From Saccharolobus solfataricus (GTDB taxonomy: Archaea > Thermoproteota > Thermoprotei_A > Sulfolobales > Sulfolobaceae), in the NCBI RefSeq assembly GCF_900079115.1, contig NZ_LT549890.1, positions 1,290,001-1,322,000 on the forward strand: a DNA stretch of 32,000 nucleotides. The letters are read 5' to 3'. Of the stretch, positions 8,222-18,693 are shown piece by piece (within the stretch, counting starts at the first letter, position 1; each line of letters begins with the position of its first letter). The translations under genes were made by a program, and so were the position numbers. The notes under the pieces were generated by a model, which did no database searches, was not told where the DNA came from, and saw only the letters and a list, made by a program, of their open reading frames with translations.

Positions 8222-10063
8222 GTGAGCTATAGGACATTACTCTCAATAATTGTGATAATATTGGTAATGATTTCTTCCTTTTCCATATTATGTATAATAA
8301 TATCTAATGCAGAAATTACTATTAACAATAATATTACAGATTCAAATAATATTTATATGGCCCCTAATTTTTTTGGTGCCGATCCCGCTATGATCTTTCC
8401 CTATAATAGTACAATGTTGGGAATTATTCTAGCAGGCGGTGGTGGTCCAGAGCTTTCTGTAAGTCAAGTATATAATTTATCGTATCCTTATAATCAAGTC
8501 ATGTTTAATTATCCGGAAAATGGACCTTTAGAGTTAAATATGTCTTATGATAATTGGTCCATTCATGAAATATCATTCATAGCTCTACCAACTGTAGATG
8601 TTTATCCTACGAAAATATATAACTCTTCACTTTATCTTGGTAAGGGACTACTCTCCGCTACCTATAAAAATATCGCTATCATAATTATTTCTTATAAAGA
8701 TTTTTCCAAATATAATATAACTCTTAGTCAGTATCCTTCCCATATTCTTCAAGGAACGGATGGCATAGGTTTATTTATAATTCCGCTGCAAGCATTACCA
8801 TGGGTTTATGGGAAAAGTGTTAACTCATCCGTGATCCAACAGACCTATATTTTTCAAAACGAGACAAATTTAATAATTAACGGAAATGATTTTGGGTCTT
8901 TAACTCAATTGGGTCTTTATGATGAATTATCATCAACTGTTCAAACTTTAGAGTTTTTAAACACTACTTCACCTTATTCAAGTATATTAATTGATTCGAT
9001 AAATAACACTATAGAAGCTATGGCAAATCGATTTACCATTGATAACCAAACCATTGATAATTCAATTATTGACCTGGCCTATAGTTCGTCAACATTAACT
9101 CCCGGAGAACAAGAATTTTACGCTTACATAGTGAGTTTCGGTGGCAATATTACTACTAAAATAGAAAGTGAAATCTATTCAATTTTACCTAAATTAGTTA
9201 ATTTAATACAGTATCCCAGTATCTCAAATCAATCTCCAACCACAATAGTTTCGGTGTTTAATGTTCTGAATAGATCAGCTACTAAAGTACCTGGTGTTGT
9301 ATATGGATTACTTTACAATTCTACTGGATTAATTTCAAAATCTATAATGAATTCTAATGGTGAGTTAGTATTTAATGTTTCTCCAGGTACGTACGTACTT
9401 TACGTCTACCATTATCCAAACTTAGGACTTAATTATACAGAATATTGGGGTCAAATTAGAATAGATGTCAGATCTGGTATAAATAAATATAATTTTACTA
9501 GAGTTGAGCCGTGGATTTACAATATAATCGATACATCGATAGATTCTCAATTTAAGATATCTGTGAAAATTATTAATCCATTAAATCAAACAGTTAGCGG
9601 GCAGCTATATTTATGGATAAGTAACGGAATCGCATCCTCAGCTAGCGCTCCAACATTTGAAAGTCAGTTGCTCTTAAATCCTGGCGTAAATTCTATTAAT
9701 TATACTTATACAGCCTCAAGTAGTGGTTCTTACTATGTTTACGCAGTTTTGAAATCTTTTGTTTTAAATCCTGAAGGAGAGCCAATAACCACTGATCAAT
9801 ATAATTGGACTAGTATGGGAGGTATAAATATAAGTAATACGCCTACTCAAACTGTAACTACAACGTTTACGGTTACCCAAACCACTGTAAACCGGCAAAC
9901 TATCACCTCTACCGTTACCCAGACAAGCGAAGGTACCACCACAGTAGTAGTGGTTAATAAATCTTTAAGTGCTGGAGCAGAGCTATTAATTATCACTATA
10001 TCTATAATAATTATTGTAATTATGGGAATTATAATAATTCTGTTCCTAAGAAGATCTAAGTGA
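8222..10063 (+). CDS. large surface glycoprotein with Thr-rich stalk and C-terminal TM anchor
   Basis: 613 aa with a GTG start. It has an N-terminal TM (LLSIIVIILVMISSFSILCIII) and dozens of N-x-S/T sequons. Beta-sandwich-like stretches include GELVFNVSPGTYVLYVYHY and ISVKIINPLNQTVSGQLYLW. The Thr-rich linker is TPTQTVTTTFTVTQTTVNRQTITSTVTQTSEGTTT. The C-terminal TM is followed by RRSK. TATA atttatatataa lies at 8191-8202. Confidence 0.8.
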   Translation: MSYRTLLSIIVIILVMISSFSILCIIISNAEITINNNITDSNNIYMAPNFFGADPAMIFPYNSTMLGIILAGGGGPELSVSQVYNLSYPYNQVMFNYPENGPLELNMSYDNWSIHEISFIALPTVDVYPTKIYNSSLYLGKGLLSATYKNIAIIIISYKDFSKYNITLSQYPSHILQGTDGIGLFIIPLQALPWVYGKSVNSSVIQQTYIFQNETNLIINGNDFGSLTQLGLYDELSSTVQTLEFLNTTSPYSSILIDSINNTIEAMANRFTIDNQTIDNSIIDLAYSSSTLTPGEQEFYAYIVSFGGNITTKIESEIYSILPKLVNLIQYPSISNQSPTTIVSVFNVLNRSATKVPGVVYGLLYNSTGLISKSIMNSNGELVFNVSPGTYVLYVYHYPNLGLNYTEYWGQIRIDVRSGINKYNFTRVEPWIYNIIDTSIDSQFKISVKIINPLNQTVSGQLYLWISNGIASSASAPTFESQLLLNPGVNSINYTYTASSSGSYYVYAVLKSFVLNPEGEPITTDQYNWTSMGGINISNTPTQTVTTTFTVTQTTVNRQTITSTVTQTSEGTTTVVVVNKSLSAGAELLIITISIIIIVIMGIIIILFLRRSK

Positions 10064-10331
10064 TCTCTTAATTAATTTAATTATTGGATATGTACTAAAT
10101 TTTATAAATCATTAATAATATTCTGAGAGTATAGAATTTTATCCCATATAAGATGTGATTGGGAACTTTTCTTATTATAGTAAAAATTTCTAGTTCCATT
10201 ATTAACTTATGCTGTAATTTGTATGCATACATACAGATAATTAATGTCGTAGCAATTATCATATCTTCCCTTGATAATACCAGAAACCTTGTACGTCCTA
10301 GAAAGTTTTTAACCTTCAAGTCCACTTTATG

Positions 10332-10495
10332 GGGAGATTCAGATATCCGTTGCGAATTCACTTTATTTCAAAGATTACTACGAAATTAACTAAATGAAGA
10401 TGATTAACTAGCAGAGATACACGATTATCAATATTAACATTTTTACAACCGCATTATTTACAAATTACAATTCGCAAAGGAGACTTGAGTTGCTC
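10332..10495. mobile_element. 164-bp MITE (copy 2)
   Basis: Same length as 4123-4286 and clearly homologous across its length, with a diverged right terminus. It sits in the intergenic region upstream of the tubulin-like gene. Confidence 0.7.
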
Positions 10496-10614
10496 TAATG
10501 TTGTCATATACATCGAAATTAGTTCCAGAACAACGTTGCTTTGGAACCATTTGATATAAGATATATATAAATAGCAGATAGAGTAGAAAGAAACTAATAA
10601 GGGGATGAAAGGTA

Positions 10615-11712
10615 ATGTTAGAAGTAGTATATATAGTAGGAGCATTTGGATCACCGTTGCTAACTCCGCCTACGTTGGCAGTAGCTGGTTTCCTTATCGC
10701 TGTGCTTATGGGTCTAGAATATGGTGTATTATGGGTTCTAACTGGAGAATCTTTAAATAGAGAACTAATATTAGTTATATCAAATATAGTTTACTCGATA
10801 GCGTGGTCTATTACTGCACTACCTTTTACTCCAATATATTATACACTTCAACCTTATTTTTCTCAACCTCTCCTCATTTACCTTTATCTAGCACTTTTCA
10901 TAGGTTCTATATTGCTTGGTGTAATCCCAGCTATAATGTATATAAGAAAATATTTACAATTTAATAAAATACAAAAGGAATTTAAACAGTTAGAACTAGA
11001 TTATAAATCCATAAATCAAGAATATAGTGAAATTAATACGAGACTTAATAAAGCTAAGGAGGAAATCAATAATGTCATGGATAAGATTAATAAAGCTAAG
11101 GAATTACATGAAACCGCACTTAGGGATCCAGACTTAATAGTTACGGCACTTGATAAAAAACCTGAGATACCAGAGGTTATAAGACCTAATGTAAATTACG
11201 TAGTAGCAGGCTTAGGAGGTACTGGAACAGCGCTATTGGAGGCACTCATAGATTATTTAGTTTCAAAAAACGTCATTAAGGAAGACGGGACTAATCCTTT
11301 CTTATTCGTGGCTTTTGATACGAACCAAGCAAGTATTGCGAGACTGAGGAAAAAGTATGAATATACACCAGTTGGAAAACTATTGTATACCTTTAATAAC
11401 TTTGAGGCACTCACTACAGCTAATATAATAAGCCATAATCCTTGGCTTGCTGGGTTAAACGTTGATGTAATTCAAGGCTCTGGAATGAAGAGAGCTATAG
11501 GTTATGCATCTTATAATACGGTGAAGGAAGCCATGATGGAGGATATCCTCAGAAGGTTAAGTGATTTAATTGCCAAAACGAGAACTAATCGTATATTTTT
11601 AATAGTATTTACCGCTTTAGGAGGAGGTACTGGTTCTGGCTCATTCATTCATTTTACGAAGGACTTTATAAGTAGGCTAGGTAGGATAACTGGAGATTCA
11701 GAACCTTACGTG
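10615..11712 (+). pseudogene. 5' part (366 codons) of the IS-disrupted gene for a TM + coiled-coil + tubulin/FtsZ-superfamily GTPase
   Basis: It has 3-4 N-terminal TM helices, then a coiled coil (FNKIQKEFKQLELDYKSINQEYSEINTRLNKAKEEINNVMDKINKAKE). FtsZ-like motifs follow: T1 VVAGLGGTGT (11209-11229), FVAFDTNQASI (compare FtsZ NTDAQAL), T3-like IQGSGMKRAIG, and the tubulin signature T4 ALGGGTGSG (GGGTGSG at 11620-11640). The reading frame runs into the IS at 11713. Confidence 0.8.
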
Positions 11713-12938
11713 AGAGTGTCCGGAATGTAATTATCTGAACGAATAGATAAACAGAATGATAAATATTAATATTGCCAGAAGGGTAGGACCTGGATCACCG
11801 AGAAAAACTTTATAATGGAAAAATATCAAGACGAGAGGATTTACCTATCGCGCATAGCGTTGCCTGATCGCGAGGAGGCGCGTCTCAGAGCTGAACGGCT
11901 CTACGTCCTGGAGGAGTCCTCCGTTGGATCGCGAGGAACATCTTGATGTTGTAGATCACTCCCAGGACGTGAAGGAAGACGTCGTTCCTCCAGGTCGTGG
12001 TCCCGTAGGGCCTCCAGAACGCGTTCAGGTAGGTGCCGAAGAACTCCACGTGGGCCCTCAGGGTAGTGAAGGGCTTCTCCCGCGCTATGAGCTGTGTCGG
12101 GGAGGGAGAGAATCCCCTGTCCGCGATCTTAATCCCCTTGAGCGGTGACTTGAACCTCTTGTCCGAGAAGTTGGCCGGCTTCACCGTGATGGACCTCACG
12201 AAGAGGGAGACGGAGATCACGGCTATGGCCTTGAGCCCGTAGTGCGAGACCCCTCTCTTCTTGGTCCACCTTCCCTCGAACCTCCTCTTGGTTCTCCCCA
12301 GGGAGAGCAGCTTCCTGGCCCTCTCCAGGTTACCTTCCCTCCTCTCCAGCTCCGCCTTCTCCCGAAAGGTCTCCACGCTCCTCTTCCCAGGAGGTAAGTC
12401 CAGTAGGAAGGAGTCCACTAGCCACGCCATGAAGTCCACGAGATGCGCGCTCGCAGGGAGGTAACTGGGTAGGCACTTCTCCTCAAGCTTGAAGGAAATC
12501 TCCAACAACTTCTTCCTCACCCCGTACAACCTGCCCACGAAGTCGTGCAGCGTGCTCTTCCCCACCTTCCTCCCCACGAACCAGGCCACGACCACGTTCA
12601 CGTTAACCATTTTCACCGCGTCCCTATAGGAGCAAGAGTAGAGCACCATGACGATTAACAACTTCAAGTAAACCAGCGCGCCCTCGCCCAGAACCCTCTC
12701 CAAATCCATGGCGTCCAGCACGGGCTTGATCTCCGTTAACCATTTTTCCCTCCACGGCATATCCTCTATTGGGGGAAGAGGGTAGTACATCAGGTTTGGT
12801 ATGTGTCTTAATGTTCTTGCCATGGTACTACCCTCTACTCCCATAACTTAAGTGTTACTCCAATTTAATCCAAGATAATGCTAAAAACCAATTTATTCTT
12901 GCCAATAAAAATTCAATTTTTACATTCCGGACACTCTC
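11713..12938 (-). mobile_element. 1226-bp GC-rich IS (copy 1), IS4/IS5-type DDE transposase, about 18-bp terminal inverted repeats
   Basis: Terminal inverted repeats are (g)agagtgtccggaatgta and tacattccggacactctc. It is flanked by direct ACGTG (11708-11712 and 12939-12943). It is nearly identical to 15218-16444 in the opposite orientation. The size is in the ISC1225 class; the name is not verified. Confidence 0.85.
11885..12844 (-). CDS. IS4/IS5-family (DDE_Tnp_1-like) transposase
   Basis: 319 aa. The motif GLKAIAVISV...ITVKPANFSDKRF...IKIADRGFSPS matches the second-Asp region of IS4/IS5 transposases (..an..D......aDrGY). GC content is far above the surrounding DNA. Confidence 0.8.
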   Translation of the reverse strand: MGVEGSTMARTLRHIPNLMYYPLPPIEDMPWREKWLTEIKPVLDAMDLERVLGEGALVYLKLLIVMVLYSCSYRDAVKMVNVNVVVAWFVGRKVGKSTLHDFVGRLYGVRKKLLEISFKLEEKCLPSYLPASAHLVDFMAWLVDSFLLDLPPGKRSVETFREKAELERREGNLERARKLLSLGRTKRRFEGRWTKKRGVSHYGLKAIAVISVSLFVRSITVKPANFSDKRFKSPLKGIKIADRGFSPSPTQLIAREKPFTTLRAHVEFFGTYLNAFWRPYGTTTWRNDVFLHVLGVIYNIKMFLAIQRRTPPGRRAVQL

Positions 12939-12943
12939 ACGTG

Positions 12944-14959
12944 ATGGGATTCGGCGTGCTACCTAGAGGAAATGAAGGTAAATTATTTCACGTTAATGCA
13001 TTTTCCGCTATAAAGGAAATGCAGTTTATACTTAAAAATGGCGTTAGATCAAAAGATGAGAAGGCAAGTAGCGGAGCAGAAAATACTATAAATCTCATTA
13101 ATCCCTTCTTAGCATTTTTCATTATAAGTAGAGATAGACCCGTTAGAGATATAGATACTAATATAGCGGTAGGTCTAGCGAGATTTATATCGGATATAGG
13201 TACTTCTGGCGTAGTTGAAGCAAATCAGCAAAGTAAATATGCTGAGACTTTCGATCTCGGAGATATTAAAACTAAAGCTGCAATGTCTCCGGATTCCTTC
13301 TTCACCTTCAACAGATATGACATTTATTTCCCTGCTTCAAGAATATCGTGGTATAAAAACGTAGGAGTTATTGTAGTTAATGACATTAATTCTAGATATG
13401 CTAAATTAAGGGAAGAGTTAAATGAAATTTCGAGACTCTTATCTGGATACAAGGATAATATCTCGAAGTTTTTAGCGAATTTAGATAACCTTAACAATAC
13501 CGTTAAATCCATGACTGTAAAGGTGTACAGAAGATGGAGCAATAGAATAGGCGAAACACATACTCAACTTCTAAAGTGGAGGGCGGAAGTAGTAGAAGGA
13601 GGGAGTATATCACCTAAGAACCTTGAGACTCCATTAAATAGCATGAATAGCTCTACTGAAGAAAACGTTGAGAGTATAGTAATCTTAAAGAGGAGAATAG
13701 ATGAGTTCAATGAGATTGTGAAGGAAGAGGAGTCATTTTTAAAGAGTCCTCCTGCAAGCCAGATAGAGTACGTCTTTCCAGTTAGAGAACTTGAGAATTT
13801 TAACGTATCCCAGTTATCCACGGACAAAGCATCACTTTATAGACTAATCGAGGAGTATAGGAGAAAAGACGAATTCTTAAGAGCTTTAGCAGACTTAAAA
13901 GCTCCACTAGGTTCAGTAGGGCAGACAATGGCTAATATCGATTACCAGAAAATTAACGTTCCTATACCCATAACTACCGAGGCTAAAGAATTCATTTCTA
14001 AGTACAATTCTGGCTTAATAAAGCAGAATGCAGTAGTATCCCCCGATATAGCTAGCGTATTGATGGTTACTGCATCAATGCAGGATAATATAAACGTTAA
14101 TGATTTTCCTAATCCAGAAACCCTTAAACAAGCGTTAGAGAGTAAGACTCGCAATCCAGACGCTAAAATGGGCTATATCAATTCAAAAAGATTTAGTATA
14201 TCCACATATCACATAATAAATGGTGTTTACATATGGAGAATATCTAAAAATACCCCTCCTATTCTAAGGGATTTAACGTACCTCATAGAGGATTATGAGG
14301 CTGTTAAGAACGAAAACTTTGGAGAGTTAATTTACCATCATACATTGTTTTATAATGATCCTCAGACCTTTGAAGCATTAACGGGAGAACAAATAGCCAA
14401 TTTATCCCCTAATCAAGCAGCTTGGAGGATAATAGAATTTTGGGCGAACTATAATCCAGAAATAGAATATATTAATATTTGGGGAATTATAGAATTAGCC
14501 GGCGTATATAGTGATCTTAAAATTATTAATAATAATATTGATAATTTAATGGAATTACTTGACGGAGCTATAAAGAGTTTACAAAGGGGAGTAACTAACG
14601 TAGATGTGGTTAAGGTAAAGAAATATTTAGATGCAATAACCTCGGCAAAAGTTCCATCTTCAGAAAACGTTAAGGCAATCTACGAGGCTAATAAAATAGC
14701 GAATAAAGACGAGGTGAATAGAGGTCTCAAAGAGATAGCCGATTTAAGCCTACAAATACTCTCAAAACTGGAAGACATAAAGGTGAGATACGGTCAAAAA
14801 TGGATAGATGATCTGAATAAGTTAAAGAAGGAATCCACAGATTACGGTATAAATAGGATTATACAAACCCTTATAAATCACACTGATACGTTAATTACTA
14901 AATCAGAGAGTTTAAGTGAAGATCTCAATAAATTCGTGGAATCCATAACCTTAGAGTGA
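12944..14959 (+). pseudogene. 3' part (671 codons) of the IS-disrupted tubulin/FtsZ-like GTPase gene
   Basis: Joining 11712 to 12944 restores ...GDSEPYV|MGFGVLPRGNEGKLFHVNAF. GVLPRGNEGK resembles the FtsZ T5 segment (PFxFEGxxR). LINPF is T6-like. VGLARFISDIGTSG...TFDLGDIK resembles H7 plus the T7 synergy loop (N-x-D-x-x-D type, here FDLGD). A long helical C-terminal region of about 500 aa follows. Confidence 0.8.
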
Positions 14960-14965
14960 ACTAAA

Positions 14966-15217
14966 TTGTCCTCCTCATTCGATCCTGAGAGATCCCTACT
15001 AGATTTTTTCAAATCCAATAACAGCGAGCAAACGTTCTATATTTTGAAGGGACTTTATGAAATATATAAAAGTAAAGGTTATACTGAGTTCCTTAAGGAT
15101 ATTACTGGTCTAATTAATTTAGTAGCGAAATATGAGACTATGCTATCCATAAGTTCTAACACTAAAGGTAATTTAAAGAAAATAAAGGATATGTTGGAGA
15201 GGTTAAATATAGACGTG
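14966..15217 (+). pseudogene. 5' part (84 codons) of the second IS-disrupted gene of the cluster
   Basis: A TTG start lies 6 nt after the upstream stop, giving an operon-like arrangement. The frame runs into IS copy 2 at 15218. Confidence 0.65.
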
Positions 15218-16444
15218 AGAGTGTCCGGAATGTAAAAAATTGAATTTTTATTGGCAAGAATAAATTGGTTTCTAGTATTATCTTGGATTAAATTGGAGTA
15301 ACACTTAAGTTATGGGAGTAGAGGGTAGTACCATGGCAAGAACATTAAGACACATACCAAACCTGATGTACTACCCTCTTCCCCCAATAGAGGATATGCC
15401 GTGGAGGGAAAAATGGTTAACGGAGATCAAGCCCGTGCTGGACGCCATGGATTTGGAGAGGGTCCTTGGCGAGGGCGCGCTGGTTTACCTGAAGTTGTTA
15501 ATCGTCATGGTGCTCTATTCCTGCTCCTATAGGGACGCGGTGAAAATGGTCAACGTGAACGTGGTCGTGGCCTGGTTCGTGGGGAGGAAGGTGGGGAAGA
15601 GCACGCTGCACGACTTCGTGGGCAGGTTGTACGGGGTGAGGAAGAAGTTGTTGGAGATTTCCTTCAAGCTTGAGGAGAAGTGCCTACCCAGTTACCTCCC
15701 TGCGAGCGCGCATCTCGTGGACTTCATGGCGTGGCTAGTGGACTCCTTCCTACTGGACTTACCTCCTGGGAAGAGGAGCGTGGAGACCTTTCGGGAGAAG
15801 GCGGAGCTGGAGAGGAGGGAAGGTAACTTGGAGAGGGCCAGGAAGCTGCTCTCCCTGGGGAGAACCAAGAGGAGGTTCGAGGGAAGGTGGACCAAGAAGA
15901 GAGGGGTCTCGCACTACGGGCTCAAGGCAGTGGCCGTGATCTCCGTCTCCCTCTTCGTGAGGTCCATCACGTTGAAGCCAGCCAACTTCTCGGACAAGAG
16001 GTTCAAGTCACCGCTCAAGGGGATTAAGATCGCGGACAGGGGATTCTCTCCCTCCCCGACACAGCTCATAGCGCGGGAGAAGCCCTTCACTACCCTGAGG
16101 GCCCACGTGGAGTTCTTCGGCACCTACCTGAACGCGTTCTGGAGGCCCTACGGGACTACGACTTGGAGGAACGACGTCTTCCTTCACGTCCTGGGAGTGA
16201 TCTACAACATCAAGATATTCCTCGCGATCCAACGGAGGACTCCTCCAGAACGTAGAGCCGTTCAGCTCTGAGACGCACCTCCTCGCGATCAGACAACGCT
16301 ATGCGCGATAGGTAAATCCTCTCGTCTTGATATTTTTCCATTATAAAGTTTTTCTCGGTGATCCAGGTCCTATCCTTCTGGCAATATTAATATTTATCAT
16401 TCTGTTTATCTATTCGTTCAGATAATTACATTCCGGACACTCTC
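15218..16444 (+). mobile_element. 1227-bp GC-rich IS (copy 2), inverted relative to copy 1
   Basis: It has the same terminal inverted repeats as copy 1. Flanking repeats are ACGTG (15213-15217) and tCGTG (16445-16449). It differs from copy 1 by one A in a homopolymer next to the terminal repeat and by a handful of substitutions, which give 4 amino-acid differences in the transposase. Confidence 0.85.
15312..16271 (+). CDS. IS4/IS5-family (DDE_Tnp_1-like) transposase
   Basis: 319 aa, with 4 substitutions relative to 11885-12844. Confidence 0.8.
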   Translation: MGVEGSTMARTLRHIPNLMYYPLPPIEDMPWREKWLTEIKPVLDAMDLERVLGEGALVYLKLLIVMVLYSCSYRDAVKMVNVNVVVAWFVGRKVGKSTLHDFVGRLYGVRKKLLEISFKLEEKCLPSYLPASAHLVDFMAWLVDSFLLDLPPGKRSVETFREKAELERREGNLERARKLLSLGRTKRRFEGRWTKKRGVSHYGLKAVAVISVSLFVRSITLKPANFSDKRFKSPLKGIKIADRGFSPSPTQLIAREKPFTTLRAHVEFFGTYLNAFWRPYGTTTWRNDVFLHVLGVIYNIKIFLAIQRRTPPERRAVQL

Positions 16445-16449
16445 TCGTG

Positions 16450-18693
16450 AAAGAACTGGAGAGATTATCAAAAAGTATTGCCTCTGACCTCATTAATAAC
16501 ATAAACGATGTTTGTATTTCAATTCAAGGTTACTATAATGATAAGAAACTACCCATGGTTTTCAAATATAGCTGCCATGAAATGTTACCAGATCCTTATA
16601 ATGCTGACCATAACTACCCCGCTAGGTTAAAGTATTTCTTGACAACAGTTCTTAGAATGAGGAATTCTTACGAATCAACAGTTAGATTCTCTACAGATTT
16701 AATAGATTACTATTCTAAAAAATTGGGATATGATATATCAAATATAAAGGACTTTTCCGAGAAATTAAGATTCGTAACTAACTCCCTTCTGGATCCTTCT
16801 TTCATATCAACCCTTCAAGGAATTACTAAAGTTCTGATGGATTCAACCGAGTATTTATGTGTAATATCTTATTACTTAACACCTCAAAAAATTAGAGGCA
16901 AGAAACCCTCAACAATTATAGAATACGAGCCATTAATAGATAATATTATTAAATACTCATCATACTTCCTAAGATTTATTTTCGAAAAAACTGACAGATT
17001 TCTAAATTTTATTCCATCAGCTGGCCTAAACTTAACTGAATTAAGGAATATAGCCAATCAAATGCTCGAAATACTCTCTAAAATTAACCTAAATGTTTTA
17101 GAATCTTATCTTACAAATCAAGGAGAGTTGAAACTATCTCAAATTTATACTGGAGACCTACTATTCTTTACCTTCTTTAATTTAGCTGATGCATTAAATA
17201 TTTATGATGATTACATATATAAAATCAGAAACGCAGTACTTTCCGTACCTTTAGAAAATAGGATCGCAATAACTAGAAGTATTCTCGGATTAAAAGATGT
17301 TGAGGATATTAATATGAGCTGTAGAGATGTACATAATTTTATTCTAAATATGAATGAAATCTCAAATGAAATTTATTCTGGTGGAAATATTGCAGAATTA
17401 ATAGATAGTCTGCGAAAGTACGTTTTCATAAGGGATTCTATAAATTATGCTTTTAAAGATGTAGCACTATTAATGCAGAACGTACTATACTCTAAAGAAA
17501 TCACGTATTTAAGTATGTCCCTTCACGTAGAAAACTACATACATAATACCTCAGCCATAGAATTACTTGATAGAATTAGAATAGATTATAATGATTATAA
17601 CCGATTAATTAATAATTTACATGAGTTTAGGGACTGGATTAACGTACTCAAAAAGCTCGATTTAGATCAAAAGTTGTCTGAATCTCTAGTCAAGGTAGTG
17701 AGCGGGGATCCTCCAACTAATAGTAAAATGAGTTTGGATGAAGTAATAGGAAAGATAATTAAGAGAGAACAAGCTAACGTTGAGGAAGTTAAAGGAACTG
17801 GAATATACGAATTTAGAACAGACAATAGGGTAATAAGAGCCATGCCCGTTATATACGATATGTGGAAGGAAATAGGAGATGACGGGATAGAATATTCCCA
17901 TTTAGTAAATTGGTTAAGTAAGAGATTAGATATTGATGATGATAGAAAAGTTAATGAGATAGCAATAAAATACTTAAATGCGTCATATTATGCAGGGTTA
18001 ATAAAACTTGAAGAAAAACCGACAACTAAGCCTCCAGATACTGAACAAACTCGTAAAAGAGAAATCACGATTAACGCAATAGGTATCCCTACTGGAGCAA
18101 GATGGAAATTCATACTCGCACGGGAAAATAAATATCTTAATTTCGATACAAACGAAAGTTCGATAAGGATTAAAGCGCAAGAAAAAGATAATCTAACTTT
18201 CTATGATGTTACGATAGGCAATGTTATATATGTACCCTATCCTAGGACGTATACCATTAGATCTAGTGATTTATCAAAAGGCGTGTTAGACGTAAAATAT
18301 AATGTATCTTCCCCTCAATCAAGTCAAAGGACTGGAAAAACTAATGTGCAAACTAATGTAAAGATTTCCAAACCCAAGGGAACTGCAACCGCAGGTGTTA
18401 TATTATCAATAGTATATATTATCGAACTAATAGTAATTGCAAGTGGATTCCAATACTCTAACATTCTATTTGAAGCATTAACAGTAATGGACATATTCTT
18501 TCAGTTAGCAATAATGGGATTACTAGTATCCGCTGTAACTAACCCCTATAACTCCCATAAAAAAGGTTCATATATTATCATAATATCGATAATAATGTTC
18601 TTCTTTTCAATCCCCATAATAGAATATGTGATATTCTTCATTATATTTGATATTGCAGTTGGAATTTCATTAGCAAGATTTAAACGTAGGTGA
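16450..18693 (+). pseudogene. 3' part (747 codons) of the second IS-disrupted gene: large helical protein with a beta-rich module and 3-4 C-terminal TM helices
   Basis: Joining 15217 to 16450 is in frame (...ERLNIDV|KELERLSKSIA...), giving 831 aa. C-terminal TM segments are AGVILSIVYIIELIVIASGF, LTVMDIFFQLAIMGLLVSAV and IIIISIIMFFFSIPIIEYVIFFIIFDIAVGISLA. I recognised no catalytic motif. Confidence 0.7.

Noticed and set aside
10095-10654. ORFs 10095-10361 (minus), 10159-10389 (plus) and 10454-10654 (minus)
   Set aside because: They overlap each other and the 164-bp MITE and promoter region in AT-rich intergenic DNA. Their hydrophobic, low-complexity translations are typical of chance ORFs.
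11924-12464. Three ORFs (74, 69 and 67 aa) antisense to the IS transposase, mirrored at 15692-16232 in the second copy
   Set aside because: They lie entirely inside, and opposite to, a well-supported transposase gene. High GC content suppresses stop codons, and their products are low-complexity (P/G/R/S/L-rich). They are duplicated only because the IS is duplicated.
13324-14154. Minus-strand ORFs 13324-13542, 13564-13827 and 13942-14154, and similarly 17686-17901 and 17998-18180
   Set aside because: They are antisense to long, continuous plus-strand ORFs and have no independent support.
12939-15217. Segment between the two inverted IS copies as a composite transposon, or as an already inverted cassette
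   Set aside because: Each IS copy has its own flanking duplication. Both interrupted reading frames continue correctly across their own IS: T4 to T5 motif continuity in the GTPase, and in-frame DV|KELERL in the partner gene. So these are two independent insertions in the native orientation. Inversion remains only a possibility.
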